Shown in pieces: positions 18,701-27,794 of a stretch of 64,000 nucleotides of DNA. This DNA is from an uncultured delta proteobacterium (GTDB lineage: Bacteria; Desulfobacterota; Desulfobacteria; Desulfobacterales; JAFDCJ01), in assembly GCA_963769935.1 (NCBI GenBank), contig CAVYNY010000020.1, positions 448,001-512,000 of the forward strand. The letters run 5' to 3'. The notes below the pieces were generated by a model that worked only from the letters and a program-made list of their open reading frames with translations, was not told the origin of the DNA and did no database searches. Both the position numbers and the translations under genes were made by a program. Numbering within the stretch: position 1 is the stretch's first letter; each line of letters opens with the position of its first letter.

Positions 18701-19992
18701 CCGGGGCGACCCCCGCGGCCGGCGGTGAACCTCCCATGATGATGCTCAAGGGCATCCGGGACGAACCCATTGCGCCGGAGCGCTTTGAAAAATACCTGGA
18801 TGACCTGCCTGAACAGGTCAATGATTTATTTTTCGATGGTAAGCCGGCCTTAATCGAGCAGGCGGTCTATCGGGTCTACTTGGGATTGCAGGAGCGCGAG
18901 CTGATCATGCGCAAGAAAGTCATCGACGTTTGGCGCCTGATACTGAACCGCTTGACGCTGGCCTATCAGCATGATTTTGCCAAAATCCTGGCCGATCCGC
19001 TTCTGACCGATTTCGACGTTGAAAAAGAACCCAAGATTATTGTGGAGATGGCCTCGCTGTTGAGCCGGTTGGTGACGCTTTTTATTCAGTTTGTTGAATA
19101 TCCGCTGGCATCCCGTATTCTCGGGCATCTTGACAAACGGTTTCAAAAGTTTAAGCAAGCGAAGGATTCCAATGCCCAGCTGCTGGTGCGCAGCATGAAT
19201 CGGCAACTGGAACCCATGGCCCAGGAGCTTCTGATAGAGGATCTCAAATCCGCCGACGCTGCCCGCCAGCGCAATGCCGCTCAGCTTTTGGGCAGCTTGC
19301 GGTATGTGGCGGCGCCGATGCTGATGGAGATTATTCAGCGCGAAGATAATTATCGCGCCCGGCAAATTGCCGTCATTTTGCTGGAGAAACTGGGACCCAA
19401 AGCGGTTGCGCGTCTCAAGCGGTTGCTGGTGCTGGAAATCAGTGCGGAGGAGCGGGCACGGATTCTGGATGTTATTGATGCTCTGACCTCGGATTTGAAA
19501 ACCGAGTTGTTCCATGCCTTGGGGGATGAAGATCCCAACGTGCGGCGCGCAGCCTATCGACTGGCGGGGCGCCTGAACGACAGCCGGATGGTGGAATGGC
19601 TGCGTGAATTTATGCAAAGTCAGAAGCCCGCCCTGGCGGCCAGCGCCGTCAAATGCCTGGGTAAGCTCAAGCCGCCGGATGTTGAAGTCGAATTGATTGC
19701 CCTGTTGAATTCCACCGGCGACGATCAACTGCGCATTGCCTGCTGCCGGGTGCTGGGTCAAATTGCCAAGCCGGTCAGCATCGATGTCTTGTTCAAGCTT
19801 TTGCTGCCCAAAAGGTCTTTCCCTCTTCGTAAAAATCATAACTCCCGGGTTCGGGCGGCGGCCGCCTTTGCGCTGGGGCAAATCTCCCACCCCAAAGCCG
19901 TGGAGAGCCTCGCCAGATTCGTTGAAGACCGCGACCCCCGCGTGCGTGAAATTGCGCGCAAAGCGACGCAATCACCCGCCTCCCCAAGCTAG
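15730..19992 (+). CDS. 1420-aa diguanylate cyclase-like protein: GGDEF + STAND/AAA ATPase + duplicated LYP domain + HEAT repeats
   Basis: DELT..YNRR, DVDNFK.VND.YGH..GD, RYAGDEF; GSAGLGKT, ILFLDDLH.AD, GNPLFI.EL; KLYP motif twice; C-terminal D....VR.AA..ALG repeats. Confidence 0.85.
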   Translation: MHQQELVNLLEFTGKDPTRLVFEDELTSVYNRRFLFQYFQSRISWEDLSKDPLSLIMMDVDNFKGVNDTYGHQVGDKALVWVADILRDVAGDDGLPIRYAGDEFMVLFLHCDKQTALKLGNRLVNKVRSEAFRFDGNHKTLPITLSLGVASAPEDAKTGKGLIQQADVALYFAKSSGRDCLVNASEVVQEAVFDKTAINQLNEVKLVGRGPQLSQVSEALNKFGQKQNQMLIAEGSAGLGKTEFLDTVRRSLARTKAWRIKVSGDQQEMFRPYYLMTSILVNLLNYRGDQGTAIINSLSKSHQAYIGKILPQLTTESAPAEDEDNSSSRKGIFTALAHLFIKAAANRPVILFLDDLHLADEASLIMLRQLLLLNNFPLFICGAAESIQESDRAENKIPLHRFFEIYQKTLGIRTITLTPLTAADITKHIQGLFPNIKLPPEFDQEIVRISQGNPLFISELLRKLVLDRKITLVGQKWTLEQLEEGYLPKTLEDIVTQKIAALDEESRLILDQVSALGGDVSLSMLVGSSDQMETRVLEFIDQARAQGLVSTNFQLNDEIITILGKQVLAITYGAIQPDRKHQLHERIGNYQETLYERQLLPSAATLAYHFKRSTNQQKAVRYEKIQAIANNRSFNGQEAVAYTVEAPGETTEIDVPLKPEDLKRVPEIIRDFMVAVRNFKLYPPGSKSIEMINQQFKASLDQILSGNETLNIVQVKNSILINGQKIDVSEYKLVMDTFLKLLNRVELKGLAFHSGVTEQELEILLQTLGKTDKKTFDAGFWDNFSTEHRISNIELKQIQYAVKVKAVAGAGPGPAAAPGQTPAVSAPTEQLTLPLGHQEMKAIPEILRNLVAAARVIKLYPIKSKSVANTINKLLENLQRFFTTQRVLAFSRAGDTLLVNGEKLDTSGASEFRGLADNFLTLLGEIGLESITFLESISVHQLETFIGVLGDFPESEVNTDFWKVLAEEQGLTAILFDQQLYEIQVAHSLSAGATPAAGGEPPMMMLKGIRDEPIAPERFEKYLDDLPEQVNDLFFDGKPALIEQAVYRVYLGLQERELIMRKKVIDVWRLILNRLTLAYQHDFAKILADPLLTDFDVEKEPKIIVEMASLLSRLVTLFIQFVEYPLASRILGHLDKRFQKFKQAKDSNAQLLVRSMNRQLEPMAQELLIEDLKSADAARQRNAAQLLGSLRYVAAPMLMEIIQREDNYRARQIAVILLEKLGPKAVARLKRLLVLEISAEERARILDVIDALTSDLKTELFHALGDEDPNVRRAAYRLAGRLNDSRMVEWLREFMQSQKPALAASAVKCLGKLKPPDVEVELIALLNSTGDDQLRIACCRVLGQIAKPVSIDVLFKLLLPKRSFPLRKNHNSRVRAAAAFALGQISHPKAVESLARFVEDRDPRVREIARKATQSPASPS

Positions 19993-20018
19993 GACAAGCC
20001 GAAATTGAATAATTTATA

Positions 20019-20813
20019 ATGGACAGAAGAGACATTTTACTGCCGACTGAAAGCGTCTCGATCGATTCGAATGTGTTGCGCGAAACTTATCAGATCCGGT
20101 CCTATGAAGTCGATTGTCGCAATCGACTATCAATTCTTGCCCTGTTCAGCTTCATGCAGGAGGCTGCCAGCAAACATGCGGCAGCACTGGGTGTATCGAT
20201 CCACCAGCTGATATCCGAAAATTTTACCTGGCTGCTTTCCCGCCTTAAAGTTAAAATTGCTTCCTACCCCGGCTGGAACGATCGAATCCAGGTCAGCACA
20301 TGGCCGTCGGGGACGCAACAATTGTTTGCCCTGCGGGATTTTGAAATAAGAGACGGCGACAACCGGGTAATCGCGGCCGCAGTTTCAGCCTGGCTGGTGA
20401 TTGATCTTCAAAAACGCCGGCCGGTCCGCATTGCACCTTTTGTAGAGCGGCTCAAGCCGATTGAGGGCAGCCATATCCTGCCCGACAGGCTGGATAAGCT
20501 GGCGGCATTAAGACAACACGATCATGAAAGGGATTTTGTCGTCCGGTATTCGGATTTGGATATCAACCAGCATGTGAACAATGTGAGTTTTGTGGAATGG
20601 GTCGTTGAAGGTGTGCCGCCGGCCGTCTTAAAGACCTCGGTGCCGGCCGAGATAGAGATCAACTTCCTGGCGGAAGCCTTTTATGATGACCGGATCCTGG
20701 CAACCTGTCACCCCCTCGACCCGAATATTACCGAATTCCGACACAGCCTCACCCGCCGGCAGGACGGCCGCGAACTGGCGCGCGCCAGAACAGTATGGCG
20801 AGAGGTGGCTTGA
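20019..20813 (+). CDS. Acyl-ACP thioesterase
   Basis: IRSYEVD, QEAA..HA, W.L.R, SAWLVID...RRP.R, VRYSDLDINQHVNN. Confidence 0.9.
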   Translation: MDRRDILLPTESVSIDSNVLRETYQIRSYEVDCRNRLSILALFSFMQEAASKHAAALGVSIHQLISENFTWLLSRLKVKIASYPGWNDRIQVSTWPSGTQQLFALRDFEIRDGDNRVIAAAVSAWLVIDLQKRRPVRIAPFVERLKPIEGSHILPDRLDKLAALRQHDHERDFVVRYSDLDINQHVNNVSFVEWVVEGVPPAVLKTSVPAEIEINFLAEAFYDDRILATCHPLDPNITEFRHSLTRRQDGRELARARTVWREVA

Positions 20814-21033
20814 GTTGATCGAGTTGCGGGTTTCCGGTTTGCGGGGCGAAGACCCCAATGGGCCGGAACCTGAAACCTGCCTTCCGGCCTCTACTTTCCA
20901 CTTTTTTCCCGCTGTCATTTGTTTTCTATTTCAAGTATATCACCGGCCCTGAGTCGTACTGGTCCGCCACGAAGAGTTGAACAAGAAGTCAAGTAGTGGA
21001 ATGCGAGTTGTGGGTTACGAGTTGCGGGGCGCG
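20813..21033. repeat. Heptamer arrays flanking the island left boundary
   Basis: GAGTTGC/GGGTTTC array at 20813-20850 with inverted GAACCTG/AAACCTG; second GAGTTGT/GGGTTAC/GAGTTGC array at 21003-21030. Confidence 0.55.
20926..20992 (-). repeat. Duplicated 3' end of the MBL-fold gene (island left att-like repeat)
   Basis: 20926-20970 matches 27795-27839 at 41/45 nt; encodes VADQYDSGPVIYLK* versus VADQYTSGPVIYLK*. Confidence 0.85.
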
Positions 21034-21557
21034 AACTGAGGGATGCTTCGAGATCATCGCTGATAGAGCCTATTTGGTTTATTAAGTTTATTTCTTCAGC
21101 ATTTAAAAAGAATTTGCACGCCCTAAGAATTTCACCATCAGCCACGCTATCTATCAAAAATGCAATGATCGCACTCCCGAATTATAGTATGCGAGAGTGC
21201 GATCTTGTCTATTCTTCTATCCCGGTCCGTACTGTAATCAAAAGCATAATCTTCCGCACGCAATCCCGCTGCCACAAAATCGCTCGGATCGCAGTCGACT
21301 TTAACGACAGCATTTCTCGAAATGTTACCACTTTGGAAAATCAAAGAGGGTGAGTCGATATAACTAATTGATTTAAAACGATCTCTTGGCATAATCCTTA
21401 TTGATGATGGTTTGAACGTATTATGATTATTTAAGTTTACAGGCAAATGGGCGATATAACATTGGTAGTCCAAGCCTGCTTAAGTTGGACTATCAATCCA
21501 TGGAAAAGGCCGGAACTATATCGCTAAGAAACTAATAATTGGGGAGAACAGCAATCC

Positions 21558-22043
21558 ATGAATCGCTCCATCGAATTCACCATAAAGCCAAAATGGGATG
21601 AGATCGAAAACGTCAGGAATCAGAGTACCAATTTTTTGGCCTCTCAAGGCATGTCAAATGACTCTGTACAAGCCTTTGCCATGGTTATCAGTGAGCTTGT
21701 TGAAAATAGTGTTAAATACGGAAGATTTACATCAACTCAAAGTGAAGTGATCGTCACTGTTAAGATTTCCGAAAATATGATCATCGCCGAAGTAATAAAT
21801 CCGGTTGATGGATCCGTTTACCACCACCTGAGAAAATTAGATAAGACTTTGCAATGGATTCGGGGATTTCAAGATCCGTTCCAGGCATATGTTCAAAGAA
21901 TTAGAAAAATATCCAGAAAGCCGCTGGATGATGAATTTAGTGGTTTAGGCCTAACGAGAATAGCATATGAAGGTCAAGCAATCCTTGATTTTTTTCTGAC
22001 CGAAGGCAATCAGTTGAATGTATCGGCGATTTCACACTTTTAG
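21558..22043 (+). CDS. Anti-sigma/SiaB-like Ser/Thr kinase (HATPase fold)
   Basis: ISELVENSVKYG N-box and SGLGL.RI G-box without a HisKA domain; GGGAG RBS. Confidence 0.7.
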   Translation: MNRSIEFTIKPKWDEIENVRNQSTNFLASQGMSNDSVQAFAMVISELVENSVKYGRFTSTQSEVIVTVKISENMIIAEVINPVDGSVYHHLRKLDKTLQWIRGFQDPFQAYVQRIRKISRKPLDDEFSGLGLTRIAYEGQAILDFFLTEGNQLNVSAISHF

Positions 22044-22051
22044 GAGACAAC

Positions 22052-22426
22052 ATGGGAAAACAAGAATCATATGCCAAAAATTTATTAAAAATTGAGATCT
22101 TAGAAAATGAGGACTCAATAACGACATCCTGGACCGGAAAAAGCATCGACCGCAATCCAGGCCAGTTTATTAACCCAATTTTAGTAAAGCTTGTCAATAA
22201 AAGCAATGAAGAGAATAAACGGATAGTCTTGGACTTTCGAAAGATTGTTTATATGAACTCTTCAACAATTACACCACTAATCAAAATTCTTGAAAGAGCC
22301 AATAGAGGCAAAATATATATTACCGTTGAATACAATAAGAATTTGAAATGGCAAGATCTAAACTTTTCGGCATTAAAAATATTTCAGACAAAAGATAAGC
22401 GAGTCGAAATCAAAGGAATAGAATAA
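22052..22426 (+). CDS. SiaC/STAS-like phospho-acceptor protein
   Basis: W.GKS..RNP, LDFR.I.YMNSST motif resembling SiaC YLNTSS; AGGAG RBS. Confidence 0.65.
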   Translation: MGKQESYAKNLLKIEILENEDSITTSWTGKSIDRNPGQFINPILVKLVNKSNEENKRIVLDFRKIVYMNSSTITPLIKILERANRGKIYITVEYNKNLKWQDLNFSALKIFQTKDKRVEIKGIE

Positions 22427-22430
22427 TAAG

Positions 22431-23820
22431 ATGAATCTACATACCACCGATCTGAAAGGCGACCTTATCGAGGGCGAAGCGGTTATTCCGATTGAGATAC
22501 AGTTTAAATCCAAATATTCATTTTTAGTGAAACCTTTGAATGGATACAAGTTCAAGGATGGAAATGAGTATTCCAACATTGTCATTCAAGCTCACAATGA
22601 TTCTTTTGAACTTGGATGCTGCCGGGTGTTGACTAAACGGAATAATGGCGGAAATATAGGAAGACTAATTTTTATAAATGATATTTACGATCTTGAGAGC
22701 CTAGTTCACCATCATAAATTGGTGAAGATCCAGGATGAGTTTCTTAATCTTTCACTCCTTTTGGAACGCAAAGACCAGGTTAGTGAATTCTTCAAAAACT
22801 TTGTATCAAATTTAACCTATGATTTAAATGTATATAAGTATACATTCGATAGTCTTGATGCTGAATTTGCCTGTGAATCCGTCGAAGTAAAAAAGTCCTT
22901 GGAGCAAGCCATCTTGAGAACCGAAGGGGCCGCATTTTTCAATTTTTTAGACGAAAAAACGAAGAGCTGGAAAATATAGTGAAAGGATTCAACAAATCAG
23001 AACACGAGGTTCATGGCTTTTATTTCAGAGAACCCAGCTTTGGAATACTACAACGGGTGCCCCTTTCATGGCACGGACAAATCTGAAGCCTCGAGGTTAT
23101 GCCGGAGATTCAGAAATGATGAGCATGATATACGCCAACGACTACAGGGGTGAATCGACAATTTTCAAGCTGATGCATAAGCATCGCTCAAACAGCCGGC
23201 TGTGCAGGCTGTCAGAAATAGACGACATGCAATAGTAAAAATAATTCGTCAAATAAAAGCGAGAACTAGAAGAAACGATATTCCAAGACTAAAAATATTA
23301 TCAGTTGCCGTGGGCTCAAAAGAGCTCGAGGAGCGCTTTCGACCACAGATGATTGCAGCAAACTTAGTTTTGCGTTGCTTGATCAAGATTGAGCGCGCTG
23401 CTTGAAGCAAAAGAAAGGATTCGCTAAATTGAGGGAAAGTTAAATACAAAACTCGAAGTCGATTTCCTCAACGAATCGGTGCGCACATCGCTTGCGATGC
23501 CGCAGATAGATGCAAAATGGGGGCAGTTCGATTTTATCTATTCAATGGGGCTTTTTGACTACCTTACACCACCCGCGGCATCGATGGTTCTCGGAAAGCT
23601 ATATCAGTTGCTCAAGCCCGGGGGAGAAACGGCGATCGGCAATTTCCATGCCTCAAACCCCAACCGGTATTATATGGAATACTGGCTTGATTGGGTTCTT
23701 TACTATAGAACGGAAGAAGATTTCACGAGTTTGTTAAAAGGCGTTTCAACCGCAGAGATTAAATTATTCTTCGAAGACAACGGGGTGCAAATGTTTCTTC
23801 ATGTTAAAAGGCTGGAATGA
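22431..23820 (+). pseudogene. Class I SAM methyltransferase, PhcB-like (~460 aa reconstructed), multiple frameshifts
   Basis: Frames join: ...FLDEK / EELENIVKGF..EHEVHGFYFR / QLW..APFMARTNLKPRGYAGDSEMM.MIY / AV.AVRNRR..ILSVA.G / FALLDQD / FDFIYSMGLFDYL, LKPGG, GNFH..NP.RYYMEY..DW.L.YR. Confidence 0.75.
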
Positions 23821-23905
23821 TTCCTTTCTTGATTGCATTATGGGAAAAGCGATCATGTTGAATGCTGGATCTGTTTGAAACGCTGAATTTGCTGGGGACT
23901 CATAA

Positions 23906-25265
23906 TTGCAGGGTATAACGAACCATAGACGTTCAGATGATTTTAATTTCGGTGAAGAGGATTTTAACAATTATCTGAACAGCATCATTCACAATTGGCT
24001 GGGCACATTGACGACATTGGGCTATACGCTCGTGCCGGCATTCTTCCTTCTGGACTACTTTACGATGCCGAAGGAACTGCTGCCAACTTTCGGGGTTTAT
24101 CGGCTGATTTCGACCTTATATGTCTAATCGAATATTACATCATTTGTGATATCAAACCGAGCGTATATTCATACGATCACGGTTATTTTGTTTCGCGAAA
24201 TATCGGCGGAATCATTGCCCTGATGACCGTAGACCTCGGAGGATTTAACTCGAATCATTATGCCGGACTTAACCTCGGAATCATAGGGGTTAACCTGCTC
24301 CTGCCATGGAAGAGCAGGCACTCGGCAATCAACAGCCTGATTATAATTATGTTGTATGTCGTATTTAATTTAATGGCGGATAATAATTTTAATCCTGACA
24401 TATTGGCAAACAATTTATTCTTTTTGACGTCGACCGCTATAATAGCGGTAAGCATCAATCATGTGAAGCATAACCTTATTAGAAAAGAGTTCGATCTGCT
24501 GGTTGAATTGAAGAAGGCGCGTGACGCGCTTTGGAGCGAGATGGAGCTTGCCAAGCGCATACAGACAGCATTGTTGCCCAATAAACAGAGAATAAAAGGC
24601 TTCGATATCGCGAGTGTCATGCTCCCTGCGAAGGAAGTCGGCGGTGATTATTACGACATTATTGAAACTCCAGAGGGTGGAAAATGGATTACAATAGGAG
24701 ATGTTTCAGGGCATGGGGTTGATTCGGGTTTAATTATGATGATGGCGAAAACATGCATCAGTTCGACAGTGACAAGCAATCGAAATTGTCAGCCCTCTGA
24801 ATTGCTTATTTTCGTAAACCAAGTTATAAGAGAGAACATTTCAAGGCTAGGGTCTGACGATTACATGACCATGATGGCTATCCGCTTTAACGAGTCTAAG
24901 ATGACTATCGCAGGCAAACATCAAGACGTGATTATCTACCGATCGGCCTTAAATAAAACTGAAACAGTCCCGGTAAACGGTACCTGGCTCGGAATTACCG
25001 ATAAAATTGAAAATTATCTTACAGATATAAATAAAAATATCGGAGACGGTGACATCGTTTTGTTGTTCACCGACGGTGTTACGGAAAGTATCAACCAAAA
25101 CGGTGAAATGTACGGCCAGGTAAGGTTAGAACAGTCTCTCAATCAATATGCCGATCTGCCGACAAACACATACTGGAGAAAATTGTTGAGGATGTGAAGG
25201 ATTTTCAAGAAGAGCAGTATGACGATATGAGCCTGGTAATAGTAAAAAAACGACGATCACATTGA
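23906..25265 (+). pseudogene. Membrane-sensor SpoIIE/PP2C phosphatase (SiaA-like role), frameshifted
   Basis: TM region with GGFNSNHYAGLNL..LLPW; ELAKRIQ.ALLP, EVGGDYYD, GDVSGHG, LFTDGVTE, final DDMSLV motif in a shifted frame ending TGA 25265; start uncertain. Confidence 0.8.
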
Positions 25266-25295
25266 TGACCCCATGTTAGACAAGGATTTTATGCT

Positions 25296-27621
25296 TTGGG
25301 AAAATCATTTATGATATCAATGATAAATGATTCAGATGAATTCCAGATGAATTTGGTCACTTTGTCTTTTCATCAAGAATTCGAAAAAAAATTCCGCCGG
25401 GAGTATTTCAGAAAATCCCTAAAATATGTCCGCAAATCCATGCTCCTGGCAATTTTCTTCTATGGATTATTTGGCATCCTGGATGCTTTGATTGTTCCTG
25501 AAATCAAAGAACAAATCTGGGTAATTCGCTACGCAGTTTTTGTGCCCTATGTCTTTTTGATGTTCCTGTTTTCTTTTACCGGTTATTTTGCAAGGCACTG
25601 GCAGATCTGTGTTGCTACTATTATAGTAATTGCTGGATTGGGTATTATCGAAATGATTCTAATTGCACCCTATCCGGCGAACTATCTTTATTATGCCGGT
25701 TTGATTCTCGTTATAATCTTCGGCTATACATTTTTTAAACTCAGGTTTATTTGGGCAACCTTGGCAGGCTGGATAAGTCGTCATCGCATACGATGCGCTG
25801 CCGGATGGGTAATTGATACACCGATTCACATATTCTTAAGCAACAATTTCTTCTTTCTGTCGGGTAACATCATCGGTATGTTTGCATGTTATTCGATCGA
25901 GTTATATTGCCGCAAGGTGTTTATTAAAACCCGTTTGCTAAAAGCTGAAAAAAGGAAAGTCAAAGCCTCGAATCGTGAGCTTGAAAAAAGAGTCAGGGAA
26001 CGTACGACGCAATTGGTCGATATAAACAATGAGCTGCGAAATGAGGTGACTGAAAGAAAAATAGCCGAGAATGCTGCAAGAGAAAGCGAGTTGAAATTTA
26101 AATGCTTAAGCGAAAACTCGCCGGAAATTATTTATACACTCGATTACAATGGAAGCTTCAGCTACGTTAATCCCGCCTGGGAAAAAGTGCTCGGGTACAG
26201 CCGCTCAGAAGTGCTCAGGAAATTTTTTGTTGATTTTGCATCTGAAAAGGATGTCAAAAAATATATTGGAATGTTCAAACGGATCCGAAACAACAGGGAT
26301 ACGATCATTGATGTCGTCGGGTCCTTGACGCATAAGGATGGTTCAGAGCGCTTGTTTAACCTCAGCGGGGCGCCCAATTTGAACTCAGATGGTCAGGTTG
26401 TCGGCATGGTCGGACTCATTAAAGATATCACCGAACAACAGAAGCTCCAAATGCAGCTTATTCAAGCTCAAAAAATGGAAGCTCTCGGCACGCTTGCTGG
26501 GGGAATCGCCCACGATTTCAACAACATCCTAACCGCCATTATAGGATATGGTGAGCTTGCCTCCATGGATGTCTCTGATGACGAGGTACTGGCAAATAAT
26601 ATTTGCAATATGTTAAAAGCCTCCCAGCGAGCCAAGGAATTGGTTGGGCAGATACTCGCTTTTAGCCGCCAGACCCAGGAAACTCTGAAACCGGTTGAAA
26701 TCAAAAATATAGCCGGGGAAGTTTTAAAGCTGCTAAGAGCTTCGCTGCCCAGCACTATTGAAATCCGTCCCGACATAGACCCGGAGTGCGGAATTGTGGA
26801 GGCTGTTCCCTCCCAAATACATCAGCTGTTGATGAATCTTTGTACGAACGCTGCCGCGGCAATGGCGGCAGATGGAGGATTGCTTGCAGTAAGTCTTAAA
26901 AATGAAAAAATCGACCGTTTTCAGGCTAAAATGTGTCAGAATATAGAGCCCGGCCTTTATGTCGTCTTAACCGTTAAGGACACCGGGCAAGGGATGGCGC
27001 CTGAAATAATGGGAAAAAATATTTGATCCGTACTTTACCACAAAAGAAAAAGGCAAAGGGACCGGACTCGGATTGGCTGTCGTGCATGGCATTGTAAATA
27101 GGCACCATGGGGGGATCACCGTTGAAAGCCAGGTCGGGGTCGGCACCACATTCCGCGTATATTTGCCGGTTCTGGAGTTGGAACTAACCACCGAAAGGGA
27201 AGAACCAAACCAGAATTTGCCTGAAGGCCATGAATGTATCCTCTTTGTGGATGATGAGGAAGATATTCTCGATACCGGATCACGAATGTTATCCCGGCTT
27301 GGATATGAAGTTGTTACCAAATCAAACAGTATTGAGGGACTGGATTTATTCAGGGAAAATCCTGAGCGGTTTGATTTGGTGATAACCGATATGACCATGC
27401 CTAAATTGACGGGCGACAAATTGGCCCGTGAGCTGATGCAGATTCGACCTGATATACCGGTTGTTCTTTGCACCGGATATAGTGAAAATATAAATGAGGA
27501 AACGGCCAAGAAGATCGGCATCAAAAAGCTCAGTATCAAACCATTTGGAATTCGGGATTTAGCAGAGACAGCCCGCAGGGCGATAGACGAAGCCAAGGCT
27601 CAGAATTCAGTAATTGTCTAG
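25296..27621 (+). pseudogene. Hybrid sensor histidine kinase (TM-PAS-HisKA-HATPase-REC), frameshift near 27012
   Basis: TM YYAGLILV; PAS; LAGGIAHDFNNIL; after +1 shift [19 protein letters not shown] continues into 27073-27621 with receiver VDDE, DMTMP, KP. Confidence 0.85.
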
Positions 27622-27794
27622 TTTCAGCATGGCCGAGAAGCCATGACCACCCGTCGATTTCGGGGTTAATGATCCTGGATTTTTCCCGGAATCGTGCAGC
27701 CTGCTTTAAGCATTTAATTTAGCAATCCATGAATGCCCAACAGAAATCAAATTATTCCGCCTGCCAGCTGCCGAATTCTAATACTTCTATCCAT

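Noticed and set aside
20915..21473. Minus-strand ORFs 20915-21157 and 21147-21473 as genes
   Set aside because: No recognisable motifs; the first reads through a repeat array and the duplicated gene end out of frame
21440..21494. c-di-GMP riboswitch upstream of the island operon
   Set aside because: Only GGCAAA and an unrelated hairpin (TAGTCCAA/TTGGACTA); no GNRA P2 or GCAAAGC-type conserved elements recognisable
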